DNA of 64,000 nt from positions 530,676-594,675 of the forward strand of contig MU053629.1 of assembly GCA_013239625.1 (NCBI GenBank), written 5' to 3'. The notes beneath the pieces are model-generated. The model worked only from the letters and a program-made list of their open reading frames with translations. It had not been told where the DNA came from and ran no database searches. The position numbers and the translations under genes are program-made. Below, piece after piece: positions 23,674 through 36,420 of this stretch. This DNA comes from Lama guanicoe. Lineage: Eukaryota. Position 1 is the stretch's first letter. Each line of letters starts with the position of its first letter.

Positions 23674-25994
23674 AACCTTCCTTAACCTTCCAAAAAGATT
23701 TACACTGTTGGACTTGCAATGTGTGCTCTTTACAATTGGTCTTGTTTCCATATTTGTTCCCAGGTTTGAAAAACTTGGTGTTAGATGGTTTCTAACAGGT
23801 TCAAAAGTCACTGTGACACTGCAGACAGATAGAGTAAGCCACTTCTGCCCTTCTTGCAAATCTCCTTTTCTGTGAGCCCAAAGGAAGGGTGTGGAGTGTT
23901 TTGACCCTGGAAAGCCTTGAAGTGGGAAAGGGTGCTATTTTGTAGCTTTGTCTCAGAAATTATGCTGTTGAAAGGTGTAAGACTTTTTCTTTGCTGGGCA
24001 GAGAGGAGAGAAAATATCACAGTTAAGAGAGAAAAACAAAGATCAAGGAAGTGGATAAGCTTTGACAGTTTTTCTCTGCTGCCTCGTCCAATTGTCTTAC
24101 AGCACTAGAGTGCTGACTTAATTCCTTTGCAGTCCTGTGTGGTATGTCAGAAGTATGTGCGTGTGTGTGTGTTTGTATACAGTTATGTACATAAGCAGAT
24201 GATGGAGTAAATGCAAGAAGATGTCTATTTTTTTAAAATAACCGTAAGTGTAAAGGCTAAAAACACCACGTTAATATGACAACTATTGACCAAATAGGAA
24301 AAAAAAAAGTTACAACTAAGAAAGATCACACCCACCTTAATCAGAGGCCATTGCCTTGAGCAGCTGGAGCACGTTGACCTGAAAACTGCTTGTACCAGTA
24401 ACATACGAGATGGCTTGTTTTTCCGGCTGCCTAAGGGAAGTGTTCTCAGGCTTGGGGGATAACTGGAAGAGGCAGGAGTGTGTGTTGTCATCGTGCTGGT
24501 CATCACGGCTGATGCAGGATGATCTACAAATGTCATTGCTTGCCTCTTGCAAACCACACAGAGCTGAGGGGCTCGGCTTTGCTAGCAAATGTGCATATTG
24601 GCCTTCAGAATATGACTCAGGTCCCTGACCTACTTTTCTGGTTACTCATGCCTAAATGAACCCGTTAGGAGAGCTCTTCCAAGTCGGAGTCATCCCGATC
24701 ACAGCTGGAACCTTTCGAAGTGCTAGCCTGTAGTGGCGCCCCCTACACTGGGTCTGGCCAGGCATTGGGTGGCTGCAATGTAATCTGAGGATTTTTCACT
24801 GCCATTTCACCTAGTTACTCATCTGTAATTGGATGAAAGGTAAGAGGATGTAGCCTGTGGTTAGGACAAGGAATCTGAGGAAATGCCTTTTGCCCTGAGC
24901 TGGTCTTCAGCAACCATCCCGTCAGAATGCAGTGGTGCCAGAGAGAGGAAGCCAGCAGGCAGCTGCTGGGAACAGCTAGGCTCGTGTGCCTTGGCAAGGA
25001 CCGGGGGAGGACCGGAGCTCCCACAGCATATGTTTAGGGGACTGTGGGGTGAGCATGTGCTGAAACTGTTGGGCAGGGAGGAGTTTTAAATGGAGCCAGC
25101 TGTCTTTTTAGACCATAAGACTCTCTTTCAAATCCAGGCGATCTGGGCTTCCGGGGCACCGGCCTGGCTTGTGGACTGCACTTTGGTGATGTCATTTTGC
25201 TGGGGACTGCAGAGATCTGAGTGGGCAGATGGGAATGCATGCTGGAGGGAAGCTTGTGCGCTGCTCCTGTGTGATTGTGCAGCCGCGGAAGGCCGGGGAC
25301 ATGGAGGCTACAGGGAGGAGAGGCCTGAGTTCCCTGGGAAATCCATCCGCATTCTGTTTTGAACAGTGGGCAGATTCCACGTTTTCCCACGTGCCAGGGG
25401 GCGAGTTGGAGAGCGTGTGTCTTCCTTCAGCCCTTGACTTCAGACCATTCATCCTAATGATTTTCGAGCATTTGGGATGACAGTGCGTAAGCGTGCATGT
25501 GAGGCATTAGCACATGCAAATACATATAAAATATTTCAACAGAAGCTGGTCATGCATTTGAAGCTTTCAAAATTATTGACACTCAATTTTTCAGAGCAGC
25601 GGTTCTGTCTAGTATCTGCTAGAATTGTGTTCAGTGGCTTAGGAAACTAGGAAAAATTACTTCTGCTGCTTTTTGTCTATTTGAACAAGCAAAGTTTAAA
25701 AACAGGTGTTTATTATTCCACTTTGCTGAGATAATAACATAAACAGCTTACTGACATTGACTCAGGTGCGTCTCCTGGCCCAGGAAGTTTGCAGTCAAAG
25801 GCCCAGGCCAAAACACTATTGACTGAAGTGTGGGAAATAAATACACATGCCCAGTACTGCCTTTTATTACTTTCTTTTGTGATTCTAAAGTCCTGAGTCC
25901 CATGAGATAAGCTCAAGAATCTGAGATTGAAGTTAGCTTTCTCCTTGCTACAGGTGAGCCAACAGGAAGGATGTACATCCAGATATATGGGTGC

Positions 25995-26095
25995 TAGTAG
26001 GCGACTCTGAGATCACCTGGTCCTCACCACTGATCACTCAGGAGGGAAGTGAGACTCAGATAGGTAACTGCCTTGTCCAAGGGCACACAGCTTTC
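25995..26095 (-). mobile_element. MIR fragment
   Basis: gagggaagtgagactcagataggtaactgccttgtccaagggcacacagct is the MIR core in reverse. Confidence 0.7.
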
Positions 26096-26640
26096 AGAGG
26101 CCCATGCATTGCTACGTGGGGAGTTAGAAATGAGAGCTTTTATTTGGATCAGTATCTGTGGCCACTGGCGTGAGTCTGACATATGGATGAAACTGAAGAC
26201 ATCGTTGAATCATGTTTGATACTGAATGGTGGACATAGAGAGGGGGAATGCTTGAGGAGTGAGGGATGTGTTTGAGCACAAAGATGAAAACCAGTGTTTT
26301 TCCTCTTGGCAGACATTCAGCATAAGTTATTTTATATCAACATAAGTTATTTTAAACTCTGCCCTACTAAAATAGGATTGTGGGCTTATTATTTCGAGGG
26401 TTGAAAGGAAGGGTGGTAAAAGAATCAAGGAGCATCTTGCCTTATGCTTGCTTATGCTAGCCACGCCCTTGTTACACGTGCCTTTTAAAATTTCATTATC
26501 ACCGAAGGCTAATGCCTTCTAGTAGGTAGATCATTTTGTTTCTCGGCAAAAGAGAATTCTTAAGGGGATGATCCATCCTCTTGGATGTGCAGGAAGGGAG
26601 GTTTGACATTAAATTTTCTCTATTGTTCTGCCTTTGGCAG

Positions 26641-26781
26641 GGTAGAGCTGTACACCAAGTACCCCAGTCGCCTTGATCATGAGGAGACTCTTAAGTATTG
26701 CCATTTCTGTCTCTCTGTCTCTTTGTCCCTCCTGATGGAGGGAGGTGGTGAATTTTGGGAGCCAGCCAAGGAGGGAATTAG
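26641..26781 (+). other. Candidate non-coding 5'-UTR exon of TLN2 (141 nt)
   Basis: Strong acceptor ttttctctattgttctgcctttggcAG| and donor TAG|GTAAGC in non-repetitive sequence ~25 kb upstream of the ATG exon; TLN2 is known to have several non-coding 5' exons. No transcript evidence available. Confidence 0.4.
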
Positions 26782-29094
26782 GTAAGCAGAGTCTTCATTT
26801 CTGCTATTAACTTGTATTCATAGAATAATATTTCATAGTTGCAATAATTCTTGAAATAAGTGAAGAGGTTTGTCATGTACAGAATCAGATTATAAAATAT
26901 GGATTTGTGCTTTTAAGAGGCTAACACAGAAATTGAACTGCTGTGTGTCGCAGACATTATTTTAAAAATAGAAAGAACCATACCAGGCCCATGCTAAGGG
27001 TTTTGTCTCTTAGCTGTACCAGAATTACCTCTACTCGTTTGCGTTTCAAAAATTGGTCATTATGCCACTGTATTATCATGGTCAAGTACATGAAGTTTCT
27101 GTGCCTTTTCTAATTTCCCCAAGCTTTGGTTCTTTAAGAAAGCATCTTGTTAAAACTTCCTGCAGGAATGATTTTTATTAGGCAGTTCTCAGCTTGCTCG
27201 TCTTGTCCTCTCAGTTCTTTCCGGGTAGGGATCACGTTGTTGGCTGTGCCTTGTCATGTGGTGCTTTGAAGTATTTCTCCTTGGAATTTAATTCATTAAG
27301 ATTCTGGTTGAGCTATGACTTTAATTTTCAATAGAGAAAATTATGAAAAGAGGGAAATCCACAGACTATCAACATGGAAAGTGAACATCTTCCTTTTCTA
27401 TAGCCCTGCTACGGGAATCAGAATTTCATAATTGTACTAGCATACTAAGGTTCTTTACGCCCAGAAACTTAAGATTGACAGTGATGCTAAATTGATAGTC
27501 ATTGCTCCATTTAAATCTCCTGTTGAGGTTACTTTGTCTTGGTAACAAGGTGAAGGCTATCATTTTCTTTCTCCTTTATTAATAACTTACTGTATTATCT
27601 GGGATAAGACTGAAATGATTGTAGTTTTGAAACTGTTCATATACCCACTGAGGCTTCTTGACCTTTTAAAGCAACAGCTTCAGGTTTTACTGCAAGTTCA
27701 TCCTCAAGTGCCTTGTAGAGGCAAAATCCCAGTTAGGCAGTGCCATCGAAACAGGAACAAAAGTTGAAATAATATTAATACTGAGAACACTCCCTACTGT
27801 AGACCTTCAAGAAGTATTTGCTGAATTGAATGGAATTACGATAAGTATGCATGACTTACAGTAGAGGCCATGTGCTTTCTCTAAGCCTGTCCTAAAAGAG
27901 ACATTTTTCAAAGGAAGGTCTGGATATTAAGTAAAGTCTTGATAATTGATCCTCATAATTAAGATCCAGGATTAGAAGAACGGTTGGATGCTTCTGTGTA
28001 CCAAGTATGGGGAAAGAAAATCTAACAGCCAGAGTGAATGGGCAATTGAGTCTCCCTTCAATAAAGCCTTGTTCATTGGCACTTCACTGATGTGAAGTGA
28101 CAGAGGGGTCTCCTGTTTCAGGGAGCCTTCCTGAGGTTGAGAGGACGTTTTGGAAGCCCCTGGGAGGACCAAGCTACTCATAAGAGCAAACACTAGATAT
28201 TCTACTGCATCCTTGTTCCACTCCAGGAATTCCTTGCCCTGATAACCTGCAAGGTATCTGCAGACAATCCCGGCAGCTCACCCGGATGTTAGTGAAACTC
28301 TCAGTTTTCTGTTTCTCATGTCAGTCACTTTGGTGGTGGAGCAAAATTCAGGTAGATGGCATCTAGGCTCCACTACTTCCTTGGTGTCACCAACTTTATG
28401 TGGTCCCTGGATGGGATAGATGGGATAAACATTATATGCCTGACGCATAATGGATGATCATCAGTGGTGATCCCCTCTCTCAGAGATGGTACTTCCACGT
28501 CAGTGTTACGTGACACCTTCCGGGACCGTACTGCTTCTGAGGTGATGCTTCTCTGAAGTGAGAAACACCTGAGCTGAGCTTCAGATCGTGTCTGAGTGTT
28601 ACTACCTTGAATTTTGCTTTTAAAGCTTTATATTTTTTCCCCTGCCTTTCTGTATGGATAGCTGTTAGTTTTATGGATTTTTTTTCCCCCAAGTGAGGCA
28701 TTTCCTGAAGTTTTCTTGACATTCTCAGGTAGGTCCCTGAAGGGCTAAGCCATGAGCTCTCTGAAGGAGGCAGTTTTATTTTGATTGCAGGAGCCTGGCT
28801 CAGGGCAGCTCTTAATGAATTGTCTGTTCCCTTAAGAATAATGGGTATGTTGATATTGTGTATTTTCTACTCACCTTCCCACATAATCCTAAATGTATAT
28901 TTGTACATTTTGCTTTTCTCCACTTTTGTAGAGTTTGGAGAACCCAGTAAAAAAACAAATATTAAGCTATTAAAAAAAAAAGTTGAAGCCCCAGGTGGCA
29001 GTTTGAATACATTTAAGCCTTGGGAAAATCTCTTATGAATAGATAAACATTCTAAAGATAATTGAGGATGCATAAATCACTTAGCACCTTCTTC

Positions 29095-29565
29095 GCAATA
29101 CTGTAGAGCTACAGTCATCAAGACAGCATGGTATTGGTACAAAAACAGACATATAGACCAATGGAACAGAATAGAGAGCCCAGAGATGAACCCACAAACT
29201 TTTGGTCAACTAATCTTCGACAAAGGAGGCAAGAATATACAATGGAATAAAGACAGTCTCTTCAGCAAATGGTGTTGGGAAAACTGGACAGCAGCATGTA
29301 AAGCAATGAAGCTAGAACACTCCCTTACGCCATACACAAAAATCAACTCAAAATGGATCAAAGATTTAAACATAAGACAAGATACAATAAACCTCCTTGA
29401 AGAAAATATAGGCAAAACATTATCTGACATACATCTCAAAAATGTTCTCCTAGAACAGTCTACTCAAGCAATGGAAATAAAAGCAAGAATAAACAAATGG
29501 GACCTAATGAAACTTACAAGCTTCTGCACAGCAAAGGAAACCATAAATAAAACAAAAAGACAACC
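29095..29565 (+). mobile_element. Internal L1 ORF2 fragment (post-RT region) with open frame; no 3'UTR or polyA
   Basis: [64 protein letters not shown]...[24 protein letters not shown] is L1 ORF2p; homology stops abruptly at 29565. Confidence 0.93.
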
Positions 29566-30329
29566 ATCATCCTTAATTCAGAGAATCCCTTCTCTGTCTT
29601 CAAAGTCCAGAAATTTTCTTTTTTGTTTGGCCAGGTGGTTGTCCGTTGTACCATACACATAAAAAGACTTGTTGGGGTGGTTATTAACAAGACTGTAATA
29701 TCTAGCGTCACGAGAAGCTCGTGCCCCTATTTGAATATTATATTAGCTCTATTGGTTTGAGCAAATAAGATATATCTCCTAAAAGAAATCTGACCCTTTT
29801 ACCCACTTCAAAGATTTATATAATTAAACTGCTTCACTCTTTGAAATTGGACTGCTTCCTGGAAAACCAGCCTTATTTCATAAGACTGGCCATTAGGGTG
29901 AGGGACTGCCTTATGTATATTTATATTTATACTGTACATTAGGGGCTAGCAGAGTACAGGCTATATTACTAGTATCCAGTAACTTTATTTAATTTATTTT
30001 GTTGGTTTAAAGTGGTATCCCTTCCATTGTGAAGTCTTCATTTTACTTGGCTGGTCATTTGAAAATCACAGAGCACTGAACTTAACCTCAGTGCGCAAAA
30101 AACTGGATTTGTGCAGTTACTGAAGGTAATTTCAGACCTATCAAGAGAAGTTCAGTTGCTGTCTTCTCTTCTTGTTTGTCAATTAATCTTGGCTTTGGAA
30201 TTCTTTAGCCTTTCTCCCTACCTCCACTATTCAGTGAAAGTTAGGCTAAAGCTATTTCTTATTTTTAAAAGTTGATGGAGAAGGAAAAAAATTGGACCCC
30301 TACCTCAAACCTTATATAAAAAAATTAAG

Positions 30330-33310
30330 AGAAAGATACAAAGATTTCCCATATATCGCCTACTTCCGCACATACACAACCTCCCCAGTTATCAACCTCA
30401 CTCAACAGAGTAATATATATATTTTTTTTTACCAAGGATGAATCTGCATTGACCCATCATAATCACCCAAAGTCCATAGTTTGCCTAAGGATTCACTCTT
30501 GGTATTGTACATTCTGTGGACTTGGGCAAATGTATGGCACACATTCCTCATTATAATATCATACAGATTAGTTTCAGTGCCTTAAAAATCCTCTGTTTAA
30601 CTCCACCACCAACCCTGTGATCAGTGATTTTTTTTTTATTGTATCTGTAGTCTTACCTTTTCCAGAGTGTCAAATAGTTGAAATTACATGGTACCTAGCC
30701 TTTTCAGGTTGGCTTCTTTCACTTAGTAATATGCATTTAAAGTTCCTCCATGCATTTTCATGACTTGATAGTTCATATCTTTTTAATGCTGAATAATAAT
30801 CCATTGCTTGGAGGTACCACAATTTATTAATCCACTCAGCCTACTGAAGGTACATTGTGATTGCTTCTGCGTTTTGGCAGTTATGAATAAAGCTTCTATA
30901 AGCATCCACATACAGGTTTTTATATGCACAGAAGTTTTCGACCCCTTGAGGTAAATATCAAGGGACACAATTTCTGAATCATATGATAAGAGTATATTGA
31001 GTTTTGTAAGAAACTGCCAAACTGTCTTCCAAAGTAGCTGTACCATTTTGCGTTCCCCCTAGCAGCGGATGAGAATTCTTGTTGCTCCACATGCTTGCTT
31101 GTGTTCGATACTGTCAGTGTTCTGCCGAGTTTTGGCTATCCTAATAGGTATGTAGGTGTTTATCTTGTTTTAATTTACATTTTCCTGATGACATACGATG
31201 TGGGCCATCTTTTCATCTGCTTAATTGACACATGCCTGTCTTTGGTGAGGTGTCTCTTAAGGTCTTTCTTTGCCCAATTTTTAATCAAGTTGTCTTCTTA
31301 CTGTTGGCTTTAAAGTTATTCATGTATTTGGAATACCAGTCCTTTATCAGACATGTCTTCTGCAGATACTTCTTCCCAGTCTGTCTTTTCTTTCTCTTGA
31401 TAGCATTTTTTTCACAGAGCAGTTTTTAATTTTTATGGAGTCCAGCTTATCAGTAAATTCTGTCATGCATCATGTACTTGATGTTATATTTTAAAAGGCA
31501 TCATCATATCCAAGGTCACCCAGGTTTTCTCCTATGTTACCTTCTTAGGATTTTTATACTTTTATCTTATATTTAGATTCACGACCCATTTTGAGTTAAT
31601 TTTTGTGACAGATATGTGATTTGTGTCTAGATTTATTTTTGTGTATGTGGTTGTCTAGTTGTTCCAGGACCATTTGTTAAGAGACTGTTTGCTCCATTTT
31701 ATTGTCTTTGCTTCTCTGTCAAAGATCAATTGATTGTATCTATTGCAAGCTTTATCGAGGCATAATTGACAAAATTATAAGACATACAATGTGATGTTTT
31801 GATATACTATATGTACTGTGAAAGGATCCCATCACCGTGTTATAAACACATCCATGATCTCACATGTTGACCTTTTTTAGCCAGGGAGTAAGAACATTTA
31901 AGTTCTACTCTCTTAGCAAATTTTAATTATATAATACAATATCAGCTTTAGTTATGATGTTTTACATGAGATCTTCAGATCTTATTCATCATATAACTGA
32001 AAGTTTGTACCCTTTTGCCAACTTCTCCCTAATTTCCCTACCCACCAGCCCCCTGGCAACCACTTTTCTACTATTTCTGTGAGTTTGGCTTTTATTTGTT
32101 TGTTTGTTTATTTATTTATTTACTTACTTATTTATTTATTGGATTCCATATATAATGATACCATGCAGTATTCATCTTTCCCTGCCCAGCTTATTTCACT
32201 TAGCATGATGTCCTCTGGGTTCTTTCAAGTTGTCACAAATGACAGGATTTCCCCCTTTTTTTAAGGCTGAAATATTCCATTGTGTATGCATATATGCATG
32301 AGTGCATATGTATGTATATGTATTATATATATAATATATATGCCATGCTTTCTTTATCCATTTATCTGTCAACAGACACTTGGGTTGTTTCCATACTTTA
32401 GCTACTGTGGATAATGGTACGGTGAACATAGGAGTACTACAGTAAGTCTTGAAGTTGAAGACTGTCCGTTCTCCAGCTTTGGTATTTGCCTTCAATATTG
32501 TATTGGTTATTCTGGGTCTTTTGCCACTCCCTATAAACATTAGAATCCCTTGCTTGATATCCATAAAGTATCTTACTGGAGTTTTGATAAGGATTGCAGT
32601 GAATCTATAGATGAAGTTGGGAAGAACTGACATCTTGACAATATCAAGTATTCCTATCCATGAACATGGGTATCTCTCTGTTTATTTAGTTCTTCTTTGA
32701 TTTTGTTTATCCAAGTTTTATTGATGTGTTTTGTTAGATTTATACTTAAGCATTTCATTTTAGAGGATGCTAATGTAAATGGAATTTAAAATTTTAAATT
32801 CCCTTTGTTCATTGTTGCTATGTTAACAATTCAGTGTTGTATATTAACTTGATCTGGTAACCATGCAATATATTCACTTATTAGTTTCAGGAGGGTTTTG
32901 TGGGTTTTTTGGTCAATTCTTTTGGATTTTTCTATGTAGAGGATCATGTCATTCTCTTCTATTCCTTCCTTCCCAGTCTCTGTACCTTTTATTTCCTTCT
33001 ATTGCCTTACTTTATTAGCAAAGGCTTGTAGTGCAGTGTTGAAAAGGAGTGGAGAGAGGGAATACCCTTGCCTTTTACCTGATCTTAGTGGAAAAGCTTC
33101 AAGTTTCTCACCATTAAGTTTGATGTTAGCTGTAGGGTTTTTTTGTATACAGCTTTTAATCGAGTTGCATAAGTTCCCTATTCCTTGTTTACTGATGGCT
33201 TCTATTACGAATGGATGTTGGATTTTGTTGATTACTTCTTCTACATGTATTAACATGATTGTGTGATTTTTTTTCTTTTTTAAACGGTTGATGTGATTAT
33301 ATTAATTGCT
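30330..33310 (-). mobile_element. L1MC1-like element (~2.3 kb of 3'UTR and degenerate ORF2), interrupted by a younger L1
   Basis: cataatcacccaaagtccatagtttgcctaaggattcactcttgg (L1MC1-type 3'UTR); - strand ORFs PTANIKLNGEKLEAFPLRSGKRQGY..LSPLLFN and MSVLPNFIYRF are L1 ORF2 remnants. Confidence 0.88.
31750..32437 (-). mobile_element. L1MA9-like 3' end nested in the L1MC1-like element
   Basis: tttatcgaggcataattgac...agaacatttaagttctactctcttagcaaa...ataactgaaagtttgtaccctttt; host L1 resumes at tacagtaagtcttgaagt. Confidence 0.8.
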
Positions 33311-33549
33311 TTTTGAAGAAAAATTTTCAGTCAAGTTCGTAGAGCTAGTTGATAATACAATGAGACATCTTCCTTAAGAATTAGAAAAGATGTCCAAATA
33401 TCACACTGACTAATGATAGTTTTTGTTTATTCCAAGTTGGTTATCACTTGGGAAGAGCACTGGTCATGCAGGTAGAACCCAACTTTAGGTATCAGAAGAG
33501 GGATCCAGGAAACAGTCCTAAGACTTTAGAAGTCATCTGGTCTAATAGA

Positions 33550-33914
33550 CAAAGACAGATATCATATGATATCACTTATATGTGGAATCTAAAAAAAAAT
33601 ATGATACAGATCTTATTTACAACTAAAAATAGACTCACAGACATAGAAAACAAACTGTGGTTACCAAAGTCAAAAGGGTAAGGGGTGGATAAATTAGGAG
33701 TTTGGGATTAACACATACACGTTACTATGTATAAAATAAACAACAAGGACCTACTGTATAACACAGGGAGCTATGTTCAATTTCTTGTAATAACCTATAA
33801 TGGAAAAGAATATGAAAAAATATGTATGTATATGTATAACTGAATTGCTTTGCCATACCCCTGAAACTAACATAAATCAACTACACTTCAATAAAAAACA
33901 AAATAAAAAAAAAA
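33550..33914 (+). mobile_element. L1 3' end with polyA and ~20-bp TSD
   Basis: TSD AGAAGTCATCTGGTCTAATAGA (33528-33549) / AGGAGTCATCGGGTCTAATAGA (33915-33936); gatatcacttatatgtggaatct...caactacacttcaataaaa. Confidence 0.92.
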
Positions 33915-35970
33915 AGGAGTCATCGGGTCTAATAGAGGTCAAGAAATTCAAGGAGGGCCATGCAAATATTTTCAGAGCTGAGTGAGGACTTGATATCCCC
34001 CCTACATTTTCACTGTTTCCCGTGGGCCCTTCAGTCAGCTGGTGGAACTTAGCCCTAAGGGCATACATCTTAGTATAGGAATTCCACAGACTTGGATGCT
34101 CTCATCACGGAAGGTACCTGAGCAGCTAATCTCCAATGGCCTGAGGCTGGGTTGTTTTGACATTGATTTCTTGTTTCTGTTACCACTCTCTGGGGATATA
34201 TCAGAAAGAGATTTAATGAATATTATTTTTGCTCTCCATTTATTTGATGCATGATCTAGTGACTTGAGTTCTACTGTTGCTGTTTTTTTCCTTTCTGATT
34301 ATTATGTACCACGTAACTAAATCAATAAAGAAGAGAATGGAGAAATAGCTCTGTTTAACATTTCAGGAGTGATGGAGTAATGCTGCCCATAAATATTTAT
34401 ATTTTTCTGAGAAGATGCCTTTTTCTTTTGACATTTAGACTGGCTCCTGGAGAGATTCACCACTGGGGTTGGGGGAGAAGGGAGGAGAATGAACAGACTT
34501 TTTTTCTTAGTTAATTTTATGCATGTCTTTCAAAAGTAAACAGAAGAAAAGAAGAAAATTCAAAAGGATTTTTCATTATAATATTTTTTTCTGGGGCATT
34601 GAAATATTTAGCCCGTCCCTTCTCACCCAAGATAGTAATCCTCAGGGGAAACACGAACTGTAATTGAATGCTCCCCAAAAGCCACATGCATAGATGAGTT
34701 TGAGTGACAGCTTCTGCGTGTCCCCAGCTTCCTTCCCATCCAGCTTCCCATCCTTCTCTGGACCTGTTCTCTCTTGCTTCCCTAATGTGTCCTATCTCCC
34801 AGTCCTGGCTTCAGCCCTGCCTGGGTCGGTCGCCCCTCCCATGCTCCTGGCTTGACAGCCACAATAATGGAAGGAGACCCTTAGAGCAGCCCAGAGGCCA
34901 GCCCCAGTTGCTGCTTACTCGCCTTTCTTAGGGAAGGTGGAGGCCTGCGAAGGGAGCTGGGAAGCAAAGCCTTGCTTCCTTGCTTGGAAAGACCCGAGCG
35001 TGCTTTCTGCATTTCGGAAATCCTGAAGGCAGGCAGGTGAGCGCAGGGTAAGCTGTGCTCTTTCACTTGGCTTGGGTTCCTGCAGTCCTTGGTAGAGAAG
35101 GTGGTTATACTCTTCAGATCAGGGATAGGTCTTCAGTGAACGGAAACTGGAAAGTAGATTATTACAGATCTATGTAGTTTTAGAAATAAATAAAATCTTT
35201 TTGAAACATGGAGCTGTGGAATTTTAACATCAGAGTCAACCCTGAGAAAGTTGAGATCCACTGAAAGAACTGAGCAGACTGAGTGCTCTTATGGCTGCAG
35301 CCCTTAACCGTCTTTGGGGGGCTGCAGTCCCCTGAGGACTTGACGACGAGCAATCAGGCTCAACATGAATTTTTCAGAGGGCTTGCTCAGTGAATTCACG
35401 TTTATGCCAGGATGCCTTCTGTAGCACAAATAATCATCTCTCATTTTTTTTCAAGTTGGAGAGTTTTATAGTAGGTATTTTTAATAGCTATACATAAATA
35501 TGTTGCTATGATGGTAATGATGCTAAAGCTTGTCAACTCCGGCTTCACTGAGTTGTAGTGATGTGAGAGCCCACAGGGGTAACAGTAATTGTCCATTACC
35601 CCTTCTACCTGTTCACCAGCCAGACAACTGTCATTTACCTCTCTTTGTATTTCTTTTCTTGAGGGGAGGAATACCTTTTAGAATTCCATTTTTTTTTTAC
35701 CCAAACAGAGCCTGTTAGGTATTAATAATAATAGCAACAGCTAATACTGTGGTTAGGCTTTTCCAGCGGCAAGGTCTTTGCTGTGTGTTATTTTAGGTGA
35801 GTTTTACATGAACTGACACTCAGCGTGCATTGTAACTCTGGAATCGCAAGGTCACACAGACCCTAAGTGATGATCCTGCCATTTAGACCCATGTATCCTA
35901 ACTCCAAGTCCAAATTTGTTTTCTCCATTACATGGTTTGTCTCAGTGTTAGTCAAGACAGTGGGTGGGGT

Positions 35971-36200
35971 ATAATCCCAAACTCCTAATTTATCCCTCCG
36001 CCTCCCGAAGCCCCCAGGTAACCATAAGTTTGTCTTCTATCTGTGAGTCTGTTTCTGTTTTGTAAATAAGTTCATTTGTGTCATTTTTTTTAGATTCCCA
36101 TGTAAGTGATATATGATACTTGTCTTTCTCTGCCTGACTTTACTTAGTATGAAAATCTCTAGGTCCATTCATGGTGCATCTTTTTTATGGCTGAGTAGTA

Positions 36201-36280
<80 letters not shown>

Positions 36281-36420
36281 CACATATATACCACATCTTC
36301 TTTATCCAATCATCTGTCAGTGGACACTTAGGTTGCTTCCATGTCTTTGCTACTGTAAATAGTGCTGCTGTGAACATGGGTGCATGTATCTTTTTGAATT
36401 AAAATTTTTTCTGGATATTT
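35971..36420 (-). mobile_element. L1 3'-region fragment lacking the terminal tail
   Basis: - strand ORF MFTAALFTVAKTWKQPKCPLTDDWIKKMWY is the L1 ORF2 end; gtgagtctgtttctgttttgtaaataagttcatttg. Confidence 0.88.
36205..36276 (+). repeat. Compound microsatellite (TC)18(TG)18
   Basis: Direct reading; lies within the L1 fragment. Confidence 0.97.

Noticed and set aside
23764..23833. Possible 70-nt exon (ttcccAG|...AGA|GTAAGC)
   Set aside because: Plausible splice sites but no other support; such pairs are common by chance in long introns.
26321..26354. Short tandem duplications (CATAAGTTATTTTA x2; also AATGTTTGGTT x2 near 52701-52722)
   Set aside because: Two-copy slippage duplications with no spacer-repeat array structure; not CRISPR-like or otherwise informative.
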